Part shown: positions 11,106-21,370 of the stretch, one piece after another
Position numbering within the stretch: position 1 is the stretch's first letter
Layout of the letters: the number at the start of each line of letters is the position of its first letter
Position numbers and translations under genes: made by a program
NCBI GenBank assembly: GCA_963716725.1
Contig: CAVQUB010000033.1
Coordinates: forward strand, 64,001 to 128,000
Direction: 5' to 3'
Length of the DNA: 64,000 nucleotides
From: an uncultured delta proteobacterium
GTDB taxonomy: Bacteria > Myxococcota_A > Polyangia > Polyangiales > Polyangiaceae
Notes under the pieces: generated by a model
The model's database searches: none
Told to the model about the DNA's origin: nothing
The model's input: the letters and a program-made list of their open reading frames with translations, nothing else

Positions 11106-11648
11106 ATGAGCGACTCGCTCCAGCACTCCGCTCTCTTGGCCGCCGACGCCATCGGCGACGTGATCGAGCATTGGGGGTTCCGCAAGGCCTTTGGCCGAGT
11201 CTGGACCGTGCTCTACCTCGAGGACGGGCCGCTCTCTGCCGCGGAGATCGCCGAGCGATTGAGCATGAGCGCCGGGGCCGTCTCCACCACCGTCAGCGAG
11301 CTCCAGCGCTGGGGCGTGCTCAAACGGGTGTGGCAGCCCGGGCAGCGCAAGGAGTTCTTCGAGGCGGAGACGGACTTCTGGAAGATGATCTCTCGGGTCG
11401 TCAACGAGCGGGAACGCGCGCTGGCCGAGAGCGTCAGACTGCGACTCGAGCAGGCGATCGAGGTGGCCTACGACGCGCCCCGATCTGCGCAGCGCAGTCA
11501 TGTGACCGACCGCCTCAAGCGACTGGTCTCGTTTGCGCTGGTGGGACAGACGGTCATCGATTCGTTCGTGAAGTCGCAGCGCGCCGACTTCCAGAAGTTT
11601 GGCAACCTCCTGAGCCTGGCTCGCGAGAAAGTCTCGCGCCGGCGCTGA
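11106..11648 (+). CDS. GbsR/MarR-family transcriptional regulator
   Basis: HWGFRKAFGRVWTVLYL..PLSAAEIAERLSMSAGAVSTTVSELQRWG..GQRKEFFEAETDFW, the GbsR-type wHTH pattern. Confidence 0.85.
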   Translation: MSDSLQHSALLAADAIGDVIEHWGFRKAFGRVWTVLYLEDGPLSAAEIAERLSMSAGAVSTTVSELQRWGVLKRVWQPGQRKEFFEAETDFWKMISRVVNERERALAESVRLRLEQAIEVAYDAPRSAQRSHVTDRLKRLVSFALVGQTVIDSFVKSQRADFQKFGNLLSLAREKVSRRR

Positions 11649-11659
11649 AAGACAGACCC

Positions 11660-12643
11660 ATGATCGTCACGCTGGCGGACAACGCGGACGTCGACCACGT
11701 TCGACGCGAGTTGACCGGGCTCGGCCTCTGGCTCGAGGGACTCGAAGATTCCGATCGCGGCCCCGTCCAGCTGGTGGTCGGACCGGGATCGGTGGCCGTG
11801 ATTGACGCGGCGCTCTTGGCCGTGCGCGGCGTGGCGGCAGTCAGCCGAGCGAAGTCCCGGCACCCTCGGGTGGATCAGCAAGCGTCACGGCTGAAGATCG
11901 GCGCGCACGAGTTCGGCGGAGCATTGCCCACGGTGATCGCCGGGCCCTGCGCGGTCGAGAGCGAGGAACAGATCGCACGCATCGCGGCCGCGCTGGCACG
12001 ACGCGGCGTTCGCGTGCTGCGCGGCGGCGCCTTCAAGCCCCGGACGAGCCCCTACGATTTCCAGGGCTGCGGCAAGAACGCCCTGCGCTGGCTGCGTCGA
12101 GCGGCCGACGCCGAGGGCATGAGCGTCGTGACGGAGGTCATGAGTGAGCGCGACTTGGACGCCGTGGCAGCCGTCGCCGACCTCTTGCAGATCGGCTCGC
12201 GCAACATGCAGAACTTCGCGCTGCTCGAGGCCGTCGGCCGCAGCGGCAAGCCCGTGCTGCTCAAGCGCGCCATGGCCGCGACCGTGGACGAGTGGCTGAG
12301 CGCCGCGGAGTACCTGCTCGTGCACGGCGCCAGCGACGTCGTGTTCTGCGAGCGCGGGCTTCGCGGCTTTGATCGCTCGACGCGCAACCTGCTGGATTTG
12401 GGCGCGGTGGCCCTGCTGGCGCAGGTGCACGGACTCCCGGTCATCGCGGATCCCTCGCACGCCGCCGGGCGGCGCGAGTTGATCCTGCCGCTCGCTCGCG
12501 CCGCGCTGGCGGCTGGCGCTCACGGCGTGATGATCGAGGTGCACGACGATCCCGCCGCGGCTCGCAGCGACGGAGCGCAGGCGCTCGCGCCCGAGGCGCT
12601 CGACGGCTTGATGACGGAGCTGCGACCGGCGGTGGTCGGATGA
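11660..12643 (+). CDS. aroF: 3-deoxy-7-phosphoheptulonate (DAHP) synthase, type I-beta
   Basis: IAGPCAVES, RGGAFKPRTSPYDFQG, QIGSRNMQNFALL, DPSHAAG and EVHDDP..SDG. Confidence 0.92.
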   Translation: MIVTLADNADVDHVRRELTGLGLWLEGLEDSDRGPVQLVVGPGSVAVIDAALLAVRGVAAVSRAKSRHPRVDQQASRLKIGAHEFGGALPTVIAGPCAVESEEQIARIAAALARRGVRVLRGGAFKPRTSPYDFQGCGKNALRWLRRAADAEGMSVVTEVMSERDLDAVAAVADLLQIGSRNMQNFALLEAVGRSGKPVLLKRAMAATVDEWLSAAEYLLVHGASDVVFCERGLRGFDRSTRNLLDLGAVALLAQVHGLPVIADPSHAAGRRELILPLARAALAAGAHGVMIEVHDDPAAARSDGAQALAPEALDGLMTELRPAVVG

Positions 12644-13353
12644 CTCCCGACCCCGGAGCCCCGGTCCTGCCGGGCAGCGGCGAGATGTTCGACGCCATCG
12701 CTGATCGCTACGATCTGCTCAACCGGATCATCTCCCTCGGCATCGACCAGCGCTGGCGGGACCAGGCGGTCCGGGCTCTGGAGGTCTCGGGCGCAGCCCG
12801 GGTGCTCGACGTAGCGACCGGCACCGGGGATCTGGCCCTGCGCATCGCGCGAGCGCTGCCCGAGGCTGAGGTCGTCGGGGTGGATCCTTCGACACGCATG
12901 CTCGAGATCGGTCGCGCGAAAGTCGAGAAGGCGGGCCGAGGTGGGCGCATCACTTTGGAGCAGGGCCGGGTGGAGTCGTTGCCCTTCGCCGACGCCAGCT
13001 TCGATGGCGTCACCATCGCCTTCGGGATCCGCAACGCCACGGATCGGGCGGGCGGGCTCCGCGAGATGAGGCGCGTGACCCGGGCGGGCGGCAGGGTGGT
13101 GGTGCTCGAGCTCGGAGAGCCGGAGGGCGGGCCCTTCGCGGGCATCGCGCGCTGGCACATCCACAGCGTCGTGCCCTGGCTGGGCGGCGCGCTCTCCGGG
13201 AGGCGCGAGTACGAGTACCTGCAACGATCCATCGCCGCGTTCCCGCCGCGCGCAGAGTTCGCCCGCATGATGTCGGACGCAGGGCTCGAAGACCTGAGCG
13301 TCGAGCCGCTCACCTTGGGCGTGGCGACGCTGTTCGTGGGGCGCGTGCCGTGA
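12640..13353 (+). CDS. menG: Demethylmenaquinone methyltransferase (UbiE/MenG)
   Basis: MFDAIADRYDLLNRIISLGIDQRWR, VLDVATGTGD, TIAFGIRN and YLQRSIAAFP. Confidence 0.92.
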   Translation: MTPDPGAPVLPGSGEMFDAIADRYDLLNRIISLGIDQRWRDQAVRALEVSGAARVLDVATGTGDLALRIARALPEAEVVGVDPSTRMLEIGRAKVEKAGRGGRITLEQGRVESLPFADASFDGVTIAFGIRNATDRAGGLREMRRVTRAGGRVVVLELGEPEGGPFAGIARWHIHSVVPWLGGALSGRREYEYLQRSIAAFPPRAEFARMMSDAGLEDLSVEPLTLGVATLFVGRVP

Positions 13354-14681
13354 GCTTCGAGCGGGCGCTGCGCGCCGCGCGTTCGCGCTCCAGGTCGGGC
13401 GCCGACTGGGTTGCGATCACCGGCGAGGTCGAGGTCGAGCCAACGCAGGTCTCGGTAGCGCGTGGCGTCGAGTGGTCTCTCTGGGACACGCGTGATCGCG
13501 GCGATCTTCCCAGCGAAGTCTGTCTGGGCGTGGGGGCCGCGGCGGTGGTGGAGAGCTCTGGCCCGTCGCGCTTCGGCCTGGCACGAGCGGAGCTCTCCGA
13601 GCTCATGATGCGCATCGACGGCGCCGTCGAGGCTCGGGTGCGCGCGTTCGGCGGTTGCGCCTTCGAGCCGGGGTCGCTGGGACCATTCCGAGCGTTCGGG
13701 GATCTGCGCTTCGTAGTGCCACGCTGGACCTTCTCGCGGGCGGGGTCGCGGACGATGGCCACGCTCGTGACCGAGCCGAGACAGCTCGCCCTGCCGGACC
13801 CTCTGCTCCGGGAACTGGATGGATTGCTGGCTCGCCGGCCTCAGTGGAGCGCGACCGCGACTCGGGTGAGCGACGACGGGAGAGCTCGCTTCCTCCGGAC
13901 CGCGCGCGAGGCCGTGGCCAGCGTCGAGGCCCATCGAGTCGACAAGGTCGTGGTGGTGCGCCGGGTCGTGGTCGAAGGCGCGATCGAGCCGCGCCAGCTG
14001 CTGGACGCGCTCGGAGAAGAATCTTCGGTGACCCGCTTTGCACTCTCGACCTCGGAGCATTGTTTCGTGGGAGCAACCCCCGAGCTGCTCGTCGCCTGGG
14101 ACGGGCGCCTCGTTCGGAGCGAAGCGGTCGCCGGGACTCTCGCCCGAGGTCGCGATCTGCGCGAGCTTCGAGAGAGCGCCAAGGATCGACGTGAGCACGC
14201 CTACGTGGTTCGGGCCATCCACGCCGCCCTGGAGGGCGCGGGTGCGATTGTCTCGGCGGTCCGTGAGCCGGAGATCCGCAGCCTGCGCCACGTGCACCAC
14301 TGGGTGACGCCCATCGACGGGCGGCTCGGCGCCGACGTGCACGTGCTCGATTTGCTGCGGGCGCTGCACCCAACGCCGGCGGTCCTGGGCGTGCCGGCAG
14401 ACGCGGCGCGGAGCTTCTTGCGCCAGTTCGAGGGCATTGAGCGCGGTTGGTTCGCCGCGCCCGTGGGCTTCGTCGACGCGGGCGGCCGCGGGATCTTCAT
14501 GGTCGCGCTGCGCTCGGCGTTGCTGTCGCCGAGGCGAGCCTGGGTCTTCGCAGGCGCGGGCGTCGTGCGAGGCTCGGTGGCCGAGGTCGAACTCGCGGAG
14601 ACCGAGGCAAAGCTGACGACGATGCTCTCCGCGCTCGCCGCTTCGCGTCCGAGCCCGGACCAAGCACTGGGTGCACTTTGA
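13350..14681 (+). CDS. menF: Isochorismate synthase
   Basis: KVVVVR, FVGATPELL, AGT, KDRREH, LHPTPAVLG, ERGWFAAPVG, ALRSA, AGAGVVRGS and ETEAK. Confidence 0.9.
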   Translation: MSFERALRAARSRSRSGADWVAITGEVEVEPTQVSVARGVEWSLWDTRDRGDLPSEVCLGVGAAAVVESSGPSRFGLARAELSELMMRIDGAVEARVRAFGGCAFEPGSLGPFRAFGDLRFVVPRWTFSRAGSRTMATLVTEPRQLALPDPLLRELDGLLARRPQWSATATRVSDDGRARFLRTAREAVASVEAHRVDKVVVVRRVVVEGAIEPRQLLDALGEESSVTRFALSTSEHCFVGATPELLVAWDGRLVRSEAVAGTLARGRDLRELRESAKDRREHAYVVRAIHAALEGAGAIVSAVREPEIRSLRHVHHWVTPIDGRLGADVHVLDLLRALHPTPAVLGVPADAARSFLRQFEGIERGWFAAPVGFVDAGGRGIFMVALRSALLSPRRAWVFAGAGVVRGSVAEVELAETEAKLTTMLSALAASRPSPDQALGAL

Positions 14682-16402
14682 CCACGTCGCTGGCGACGCG
14701 ATGGGCGCGCTCCTTCATGAGCGCCCTCTGTAGCGCCGGCGTGACCTCGGTGGTCGCCAGCCCAGGTTCACGCTCGACAGCCTTGGTCTTGGCGGCGGCG
14801 GCGGAGCCTCGCCTCCGGATCGAGATGATCGTGGACGAACGGAGCGCGGCCTTCTTCGCCCTGGGCCAGGCCCGCGTCAGCGGTCGCCCCAGCGTGCTGG
14901 TGTGCACTTCCGGCAGCGCAGCGGCGCACTACTTTCCGGCCATCCTCGAGGCAGAGCGCGCGCTCTTGCCGCTGATCGCCGTGACCGCGGATCGCCCCTG
15001 GGAGCTCGGCATGTTCCACGCGAACCAAGCCTTCGACCAGACCAAGCTCTTCGGGGGGCACGTGAAGGCCAGCCTCGATTTGGGCGAACCGGACCCAGGG
15101 CGACTTCGCTACGTGTCGCGGGTCGCGGCGCTGGCCGTCCAACGGGCGACGTCTTCCGCTCCCGGTCCGGTGCATGTCAACGCGCGTTTCCGAAAGCCGC
15201 TCGAGCCCTCGGAACCCAGCTGGAATGACCTGAGCCCGGAGCCGCCCTGCATCGCGCACGCCGCGCCGGCATCGTCCTTCATCCCCGAAGCCGTCACGCA
15301 GGCGGTGAGAGGTGCCCGGCGCGGACTAGTGGTCATGGGGCCACGGCTCGGATCGTGTTGCCAGGACGAGCGCCAGCGCCGAGCTGTCGCCCGATTCGTG
15401 GTCGAACGGCGATTCTTGCTCGTGGCCGAGGTGACCAGCGGCGTTGCGCATGGGGCGACCTCTGCGCGACACGTGCTTCCGGCCTTCGACTCTTGGATCG
15501 AGCTAGCATGCGACGCGGGGGACGCTCCCGATCTGATCTTCGAGATCGGCAGCCCACCGACTTCCAGTGCCTGGGAGCGGGTGAGCCCCCGACTTGGCCG
15601 CATTGAGCGCATCGTGGTCGGGCAGTCCGGGCTGATCGATCCCACCGGCACGGCGAGCCAGGTGGTGATGGCCGATCCCGCGGGGTTTTTCGAGCGGCTC
15701 GAGACCGGCGGCGGCTGCGACGAGGCCTGGTGCGCGCGCATGACGGCGCTGGCTCAATCCGCCGAGGGCGCCCTGTCCGAGGCGCTGTCGGGCGCAATGC
15801 TGAGCGAGCCCTTCGTCGTGCGCAGCGTCATCGACAGCCTCCCGAGCGGCGCAGCTCTCGTGCTGGGCAACAGTTCGCCGGTCCGCGACGCCGAGCTGTT
15901 TGCGTCCCGATCCGAGCGCGACATCCGCGTATTGCACCAGCGCGGGCTGTCGGGGATCGACGGCTTGATCGCGGGCGCTGCCGGAGCCAGCACCGAGCTG
16001 CCCGCGGGCGTGCCGCTCGTGGCCCTGATCGGTGACGTCAGCGCGCTGCACGACGTCGGCTCGCTCGCGGTCGCGGCGCGAGTTCGAGCGCCGCTCACGC
16101 TCGTCGTGATCGACAACGGCGGCGGTCGGATCTTCTCCGAGCTCCCGGTGGCGGAGGTGATCGCCGCGACGGAGCTGGAGCGCCTGTTTCTGACGCCTCC
16201 GCCGGACTTCTTGCAGCACGCGGCCCGCGCGTTCGGGATCGCGTACGAGCGCATCGAGACCCGCGCCGCTCTGGCCGAGTCGCTGGCGCTGACTCCGGAC
16301 GGCGCTCGCCTGCTGCACGTCGTGGTGCCGCCCGATGACGGCCGCCGGCGTCGTCGCACGGCTCGCGCCGCCGTGGCGCAATTCCACGGAGCGCAGCGGT
16401 GA
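14678..16402 (+). CDS. menD: SEPHCHC synthase (ThDP-dependent)
   Basis: [56 protein letters not shown] and [11 protein letters not shown] start overlaps the menF stop. Confidence 0.93.
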   Translation: MTTSLATRWARSFMSALCSAGVTSVVASPGSRSTALVLAAAAEPRLRIEMIVDERSAAFFALGQARVSGRPSVLVCTSGSAAAHYFPAILEAERALLPLIAVTADRPWELGMFHANQAFDQTKLFGGHVKASLDLGEPDPGRLRYVSRVAALAVQRATSSAPGPVHVNARFRKPLEPSEPSWNDLSPEPPCIAHAAPASSFIPEAVTQAVRGARRGLVVMGPRLGSCCQDERQRRAVARFVVERRFLLVAEVTSGVAHGATSARHVLPAFDSWIELACDAGDAPDLIFEIGSPPTSSAWERVSPRLGRIERIVVGQSGLIDPTGTASQVVMADPAGFFERLETGGGCDEAWCARMTALAQSAEGALSEALSGAMLSEPFVVRSVIDSLPSGAALVLGNSSPVRDAELFASRSERDIRVLHQRGLSGIDGLIAGAAGASTELPAGVPLVALIGDVSALHDVGSLAVAARVRAPLTLVVIDNGGGRIFSELPVAEVIAATELERLFLTPPPDFLQHAARAFGIAYERIETRAALAESLALTPDGARLLHVVVPPDDGRRRRRTARAAVAQFHGAQR

Positions 16403-17193
16403 AGCCAAACTCGATGCTTCGGCAGGCGCGAGACGCCGCGGCCCCGCCGCTGGTGCTCTTGCACGGCTTCATGGGAGCGCCCGCGTCGTGGTCGAGCGTG
16501 GTCGAGGCGTTGACGCACGCGGGCGCCGTGCATGCGCCTCTGCTCGCGGGTCACGGCTGCCCGCCTCGGGCCTTGCCTCGCGCTTTCTGGGACGTCGTGG
16601 ACCAGTTGGCCGCGGAGCTGCCCGCGCAGTTCCACCTGGTCGGCTACTCGCTCGGTGGGCGACTCGCCCTGGGCCTCGCATGCCGCCATCCAACGCGCTG
16701 TCTGGGTCTGGTTGCCGTCGGCGCTCACCCCGGGATGGCAGTGCCCGAGCGAGCCGCCCGGGTGCGCTGGGAAGACGAGCGAGCGCTCGCGCTCGAGACC
16801 CAGGGACTGCCGGCTTTCGTCGACGGGTGGGAGGCGTTGCCCCTGTTTGCTTCTCAGGCCGCCTTGCCCACGGCGACGCGCCGGGCGCAGCGGCGCATTC
16901 GCGAGGCCCACGACGCCGGCGCGCTGGCGCAGGTGCTGCGCGTGCTCGGCACCGGCCGCATGCCAGAGCTCGAGCTCGAAGAGTGCCGTGCGCCGATAGT
17001 CTTGGTCAGCGGAGAATACGACCCGAGCGATGCCGCGGCCGCGGCGGTGGCGCGAATGCCGCGCGCCCGGCACGTCACGCTGCCGGGCGTCGGCCACAAC
17101 CCCCTGATCGAAGCGCCGGAACGTCTGGCGCGGCTCATCGACGAAAGCTGCGGAGTCGGCTCCGAAGCTCGAACATTGGAGAATCACGCATGA
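16399..17193 (+). CDS. menH: SHCHC synthase (alpha/beta hydrolase)
   Basis: [28 protein letters not shown] and GHN; lies between menD and menB. Confidence 0.85.
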   Translation: MKPNSMLRQARDAAAPPLVLLHGFMGAPASWSSVVEALTHAGAVHAPLLAGHGCPPRALPRAFWDVVDQLAAELPAQFHLVGYSLGGRLALGLACRHPTRCLGLVAVGAHPGMAVPERAARVRWEDERALALETQGLPAFVDGWEALPLFASQAALPTATRRAQRRIREAHDAGALAQVLRVLGTGRMPELELEECRAPIVLVSGEYDPSDAAAAAVARMPRARHVTLPGVGHNPLIEAPERLARLIDESCGVGSEARTLENHA

Positions 17194-18011
17194 CACTACC
17201 GAATTGGCAGAGGGCCGCCGGCTTCGAAGACGTGGTCTACGAGACCGCCGAAGGCATGGCAAAGATCAGCATCAACCGTCCGGAGGTGCACAACGCCTTC
17301 CGCCCCCAGACCATCAAAGAGCTGATGCGCGCCTTCGAGGCGGCTCGCGAAGATCCCGAGGTCGGGGTGGTGATCTTGACGGGAGTCGGCGACCGGGCGT
17401 TTTGTTCCGGTGGCGATCAGCGCGTTCGCGGCGACGCCGGCTACGTCGGCGCCGACGGCGTGCCGCGGCTCAACGTGCTGGATCTCCAGCGGCAGATCCG
17501 CACCTTGCCCAAGCCCGTCGTGGCAATGGTGGCCGGCTTCGCCATCGGGGGCGGTCACGTGCTGCACGTCGTCTGCGATCTGACCATCGCCGCGGACAAC
17601 GCGCGTTTCGGTCAGACGGGTCCCAAGGTCGGGAGCTTCGATGGCGGCTACGGCGCGTCGTATCTGGCTCGGATCGTGGGCCAAAAGAAGGCACGCGAGA
17701 TCTGGTTCCTGTGCCGTCAATACGACGCCCAGGCGGCACTGAGCATGGGACTGGTCAACGCGGTCGTTCCCCTCGAGCGACTCGAAGAAGAGACCGTGAG
17801 CTGGTGTCGTGAGATGTTGGAGCTCAGCCCGCTGGCGCTGCGTTGCCTCAAGGCTTCGCTGAACGCCGACTGCGATGGTCAAGCGGGCCTTCAAGAGCTG
17901 GCAGGCAACGCCACGCTGCTCTTCTACATGACCGCCGAAGGGCAAGAAGGGAAGAACGCCTTCCTCGAGCGTCGCAAGCCCGAGTTTGGGAAGTTCGGAC
18001 GCCTGCCGTGA
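17190..18011 (+). CDS. menB: 1,4-dihydroxy-2-naphthoyl-CoA synthase
   Basis: [39 protein letters not shown] and [15 protein letters not shown]. Confidence 0.97.
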   Translation: MTLPNWQRAAGFEDVVYETAEGMAKISINRPEVHNAFRPQTIKELMRAFEAAREDPEVGVVILTGVGDRAFCSGGDQRVRGDAGYVGADGVPRLNVLDLQRQIRTLPKPVVAMVAGFAIGGGHVLHVVCDLTIAADNARFGQTGPKVGSFDGGYGASYLARIVGQKKAREIWFLCRQYDAQAALSMGLVNAVVPLERLEEETVSWCREMLELSPLALRCLKASLNADCDGQAGLQELAGNATLLFYMTAEGQEGKNAFLERRKPEFGKFGRLP

Positions 18012-18937
18012 ATCCTGGGGAGCAGGCGGAGAGCTTCGCGGGCCCGGCGCTGCCCGAACCGGGCAGCATGGGCGCTTGGCTCATGGCGGCGCGGCCCCAG
18101 ACGCTGCCCGTGGCGGTGGCGCCGGTGTGCGTCGGTATTGCCTTGGCGAGTGCGGCGGGCCGTGTGCGCCTTGGACCCGCGCTGGCGGCGCTCTTGGGCG
18201 CTCTGTTGATTCAGATCGGGACCAACTTTGCCAATGACGTGTTCGACCACGAGAAGGGCGCGGACAGCCACGACCGTCTCGGCCCGGCCCGGGCGGCGGA
18301 GCGTGGGCTCTTGTCGGCGCGGGCACTCAAGCAGGCGATGGCGCTGGCCTTTGCCTGCGCGGTTCTGGTCGGTGTCTACCTGACCCAGATCGGCGGGTTG
18401 CCCATCGTGGTCATCGGACTCGCGTCCATTCTCAGCGGCGTCGTCTACACGGGGGGGCCCTTTCCGCTGGGCTACCACGGTCTGGGTGATCTGTTCGTGC
18501 TGGTCTTCTTCGGCTTCGTCGCGGTCTGCGGCACGACCTGGGTGACGGCGGGCATGCTGCCGCCGGCCGCCTGGGTCGCCAGCATCTCGGTCGGCGCGCT
18601 GGCGACCGCGGTGCTGGTCGTCAACAACGCGCGGGACGTCGTGACTGACCGTCGCGCGGGCAAGCACACCCTGGTGGTGCATTTCGGCCGGCGTTTTGCC
18701 AGCTTCGAATACGCGCTGCTGGTGGCCTCGGCCTACCTCGCGCCGCTGGCGATGGTCGGGCTCGGGCTCGCGCACCCCAGCGTGCTGCTCAGCTGGCTGA
18801 GCCTGCCTTGGGCCATCTGGCTGTGCCGCGCGTTCGCCAAGCGTCACGGTCGAGAACTGGGCCCGCTGCTGCCCGCCACGGCTCGGCTGCTGTTGGCTCA
18901 CAGCGCGCTGTTCGCGCTGGGCATCGCTCTCCGATGA
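18008..18937 (+). CDS. menA: 1,4-dihydroxy-2-naphthoate polyprenyltransferase
   Basis: [34 protein letters not shown] and [14 protein letters not shown]. Confidence 0.93.
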   Translation: MNPGEQAESFAGPALPEPGSMGAWLMAARPQTLPVAVAPVCVGIALASAAGRVRLGPALAALLGALLIQIGTNFANDVFDHEKGADSHDRLGPARAAERGLLSARALKQAMALAFACAVLVGVYLTQIGGLPIVVIGLASILSGVVYTGGPFPLGYHGLGDLFVLVFFGFVAVCGTTWVTAGMLPPAAWVASISVGALATAVLVVNNARDVVTDRRAGKHTLVVHFGRRFASFEYALLVASAYLAPLAMVGLGLAHPSVLLSWLSLPWAIWLCRAFAKRHGRELGPLLPATARLLLAHSALFALGIALR

Positions 18938-19995
18938 GCCGAAGCTTCTCTTGGCACGTCGAGGCCTGGGGCGGCGCGACGACCGGAGTCGCCAGCGCTC
19001 GCCGCGCCTTTGATCGTCGCGACGGGCTGCTGGTGGGTCTTCGCGATGCCGACGGAGCGCTCAGCTTCGGCGAGGCCACACCGCTGCCGGGCTTCGGTCA
19101 CGACCAGCTGGAGGACGCACGTCGCGAGTTGGAGCCGGGTCGACTGCCGGCGCCGGTCGACGACGTGGCGGGCGTGCAGGCGGCGATATCGAGCTTCCGA
19201 TCTGCCAGCGCGCGCTTTGCCGTCGAGGTCGCGCTGCTCGGGCGCTTGGCCCGGCTCCGCGGGCTCTCACTCTCGGAGCTGCTCGGCGCCACCGCGACCA
19301 CGGCCTCGCGCAGCGTGCTGGTCGGCTCGCTGGCGGACGACGAATTCATCGAGGCCTCGCGCACCGCGGCACGCCGGGGCGCCCGAGCCGTCAAGCTCAA
19401 GGCGACGGGCAACGATCTCGCGGAAGAGGCGCGGCGCCTCACAGAGCTCGGCCGAGCCCTCGGTCCCGAGGTCGCCCTGCGCCTGGATCTCAACGGCGCC
19501 CTCGACGTCTCCGGGGCGCGCGTCGCCCTTGGCGTGTACGCCCGCGCCAAGGTCGAGCTCTGCGAAGAGCCCTGCGCTGGCGAGGCGCTGTTGTCGCTCG
19601 AAGACTGCGCGATTCCGTGGTTCGCGGACGAGTCGGCGCACTCCGATGAGTTGTTTGGGCGATTCGTCGCGCATCCGAGCTGCTCCGGCGTCGTGCTGAA
19701 GCCCACGGTCGTCGGCGGACTCGGTCGATCGCTGGTCCGAGCCCGAGACCTGCGCCGGGCCGGCAAGGACGCGCTGGTGACGCACGCCTTCGAGGGACCG
19801 GTGGCCCTCGCCGCCGTCGCGGAGCTCGCGCTGGCCGTTGGAGGAAGCCGCGCGCATGGCGTCGATCGACACGCTGCGCTCGGCGCCTTCCCCCATGCCG
19901 AGCTGCCGCAGCTCCCGCACCAGGGACGCCCCCTGTCCGTGATCCGTGCGCAGGCCCCGAGCATGGTCGAGTGGGAGGGCTCCTGGACGCACTGA
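18934..19995 (+). CDS. menC: o-succinylbenzoate synthase (enolase superfamily)
   Basis: GEATPLPGF, VKLK, LRLDLNG, EEP, ADES and LKPTVVGG; men operon context. Confidence 0.85.
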   Translation: MSRSFSWHVEAWGGATTGVASARRAFDRRDGLLVGLRDADGALSFGEATPLPGFGHDQLEDARRELEPGRLPAPVDDVAGVQAAISSFRSASARFAVEVALLGRLARLRGLSLSELLGATATTASRSVLVGSLADDEFIEASRTAARRGARAVKLKATGNDLAEEARRLTELGRALGPEVALRLDLNGALDVSGARVALGVYARAKVELCEEPCAGEALLSLEDCAIPWFADESAHSDELFGRFVAHPSCSGVVLKPTVVGGLGRSLVRARDLRRAGKDALVTHAFEGPVALAAVAELALAVGGSRAHGVDRHAALGAFPHAELPQLPHQGRPLSVIRAQAPSMVEWEGSWTH

Positions 19996-21368
19996 GACTC
20001 CGGGAGGGTTCCCACTTCTCCCTGATCATCGGCGCGAGGGTTCTCGGCGGCGCGACGCTGATCGAGGCAGCGAGGCGCGTGCAGGGCGTGCTCGCTCGGC
20101 TCGGAGTCGAACCCCGGACGGTGATCGCCTTCGTGGCTCGGCTCGACGAACCGACGCTGCTGCTCACGGTCGCGGCGTTGGACGCCGGGATTTCGTTCTT
20201 GCCTCTGCACCCCCGGGCCTCGGCCTCGGAGCACGAGCACCTGATCCGCGCGGCTTCAGCGGTGGTGGTGGAGCCAACGGAGCTCGACCTCGGGCACCTG
20301 GTCGACCCCGGATGGCTCGCGCGGATGGCGGACGCTGCGCGGCAGCCCAGAGCAACGGCGGCGCTGGTCGCCACCTCGGGCACCTCCGGCGAGCCAAAGC
20401 TGGCGGTGCTGAGCCGCAAAGCATTCGTCGTGAGCGCCCACGCGAGCACGGCTCACCTAAGACTGCGCTCCGACGATCGCTGGCTCATGGGTCTGCCCTT
20501 TGCGCACGTTGGCGGGCTGTCCATCTTGACCCGAGGCCTCGTCGCCGGGCGCAGCGTCGTCGTTCACCGGGGGTTCGAGCCCGAAGCCGTCCTCGACTCG
20601 CTCGCGCGGCACGATGTCACGCTGATTTCGGTCGTCCCGTCCATGCTCGAGCCACTCCTCTCGGTCGACACCCGCGGCCTGCTCTCACGCCTCAGGGTGC
20701 TGCTCGTGGGCGGCGCTCACTGCGCGCGAGAGCTCCGACGGGAGGCCACCGCTCGGTGCCTCCCGCTGATCACCACCTACGGGTTGACCGAAGCCTGCTC
20801 GCAGGTGACCGCTCAGCGCCCGGGCAGCGCCCACGATCCTGACGGTCTCGACTCTGGTCACCCGTTGCCGGGGGTCGAGGTGCGCGTGGTCGACGGAGTC
20901 ATCCAGGTCCGAACTCCGGCGTTGATGAGCGGGTATCACGGTGACGCTCCGCGCTCATGTGACGAGTTCTTCACCACCGGGGACTGCGGGGAAATTGACG
21001 CTTCAGGACGCTTGATCGTCTCGGGGCGATCCGATGACGTGGTCATCACCGGCGGCGAGAACGTGCACCCCGAGGCGGTCGAGCGGGTGCTCCGGGCCCA
21101 GCCCGGTGTGCGCGACGCGATCGTGTTCGGGGTGCCGCATCTGCGCCTGGGCCAGCAGGTGGCGGCGCTGCTGGTCCCCGAGCCGGGTCACCCCCCGCTC
21201 GCGGTGATGGAGCGGGCGCGCCGGGGAGCGGCCGCGGCGCTGGCGGGCTTTGCGCTTCCCCGGGCCGTCGCCTGCGTCGGCGCGGTGCCGCTGAACGCTC
21301 TTGGAAAACCCGACCGACGTCGCGCTCGGGAGGAGCACGCCTCGGCGCTCGAGCCCTGGGAGCAATGA
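19971..21368 (+). CDS. menE: o-succinylbenzoate-CoA ligase
   Basis: TSGTSGEPK, LPFAHVGGLSI, TYGLTEACSQ, TGD, GRSDDVVITGGENVHP and GKPDR. Confidence 0.88.
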   Translation: MGGLLDALRLREGSHFSLIIGARVLGGATLIEAARRVQGVLARLGVEPRTVIAFVARLDEPTLLLTVAALDAGISFLPLHPRASASEHEHLIRAASAVVVEPTELDLGHLVDPGWLARMADAARQPRATAALVATSGTSGEPKLAVLSRKAFVVSAHASTAHLRLRSDDRWLMGLPFAHVGGLSILTRGLVAGRSVVVHRGFEPEAVLDSLARHDVTLISVVPSMLEPLLSVDTRGLLSRLRVLLVGGAHCARELRREATARCLPLITTYGLTEACSQVTAQRPGSAHDPDGLDSGHPLPGVEVRVVDGVIQVRTPALMSGYHGDAPRSCDEFFTTGDCGEIDASGRLIVSGRSDDVVITGGENVHPEAVERVLRAQPGVRDAIVFGVPHLRLGQQVAALLVPEPGHPPLAVMERARRGAAAALAGFALPRAVACVGAVPLNALGKPDRRRAREEHASALEPWEQ

Positions 21369-21370
21369 GC

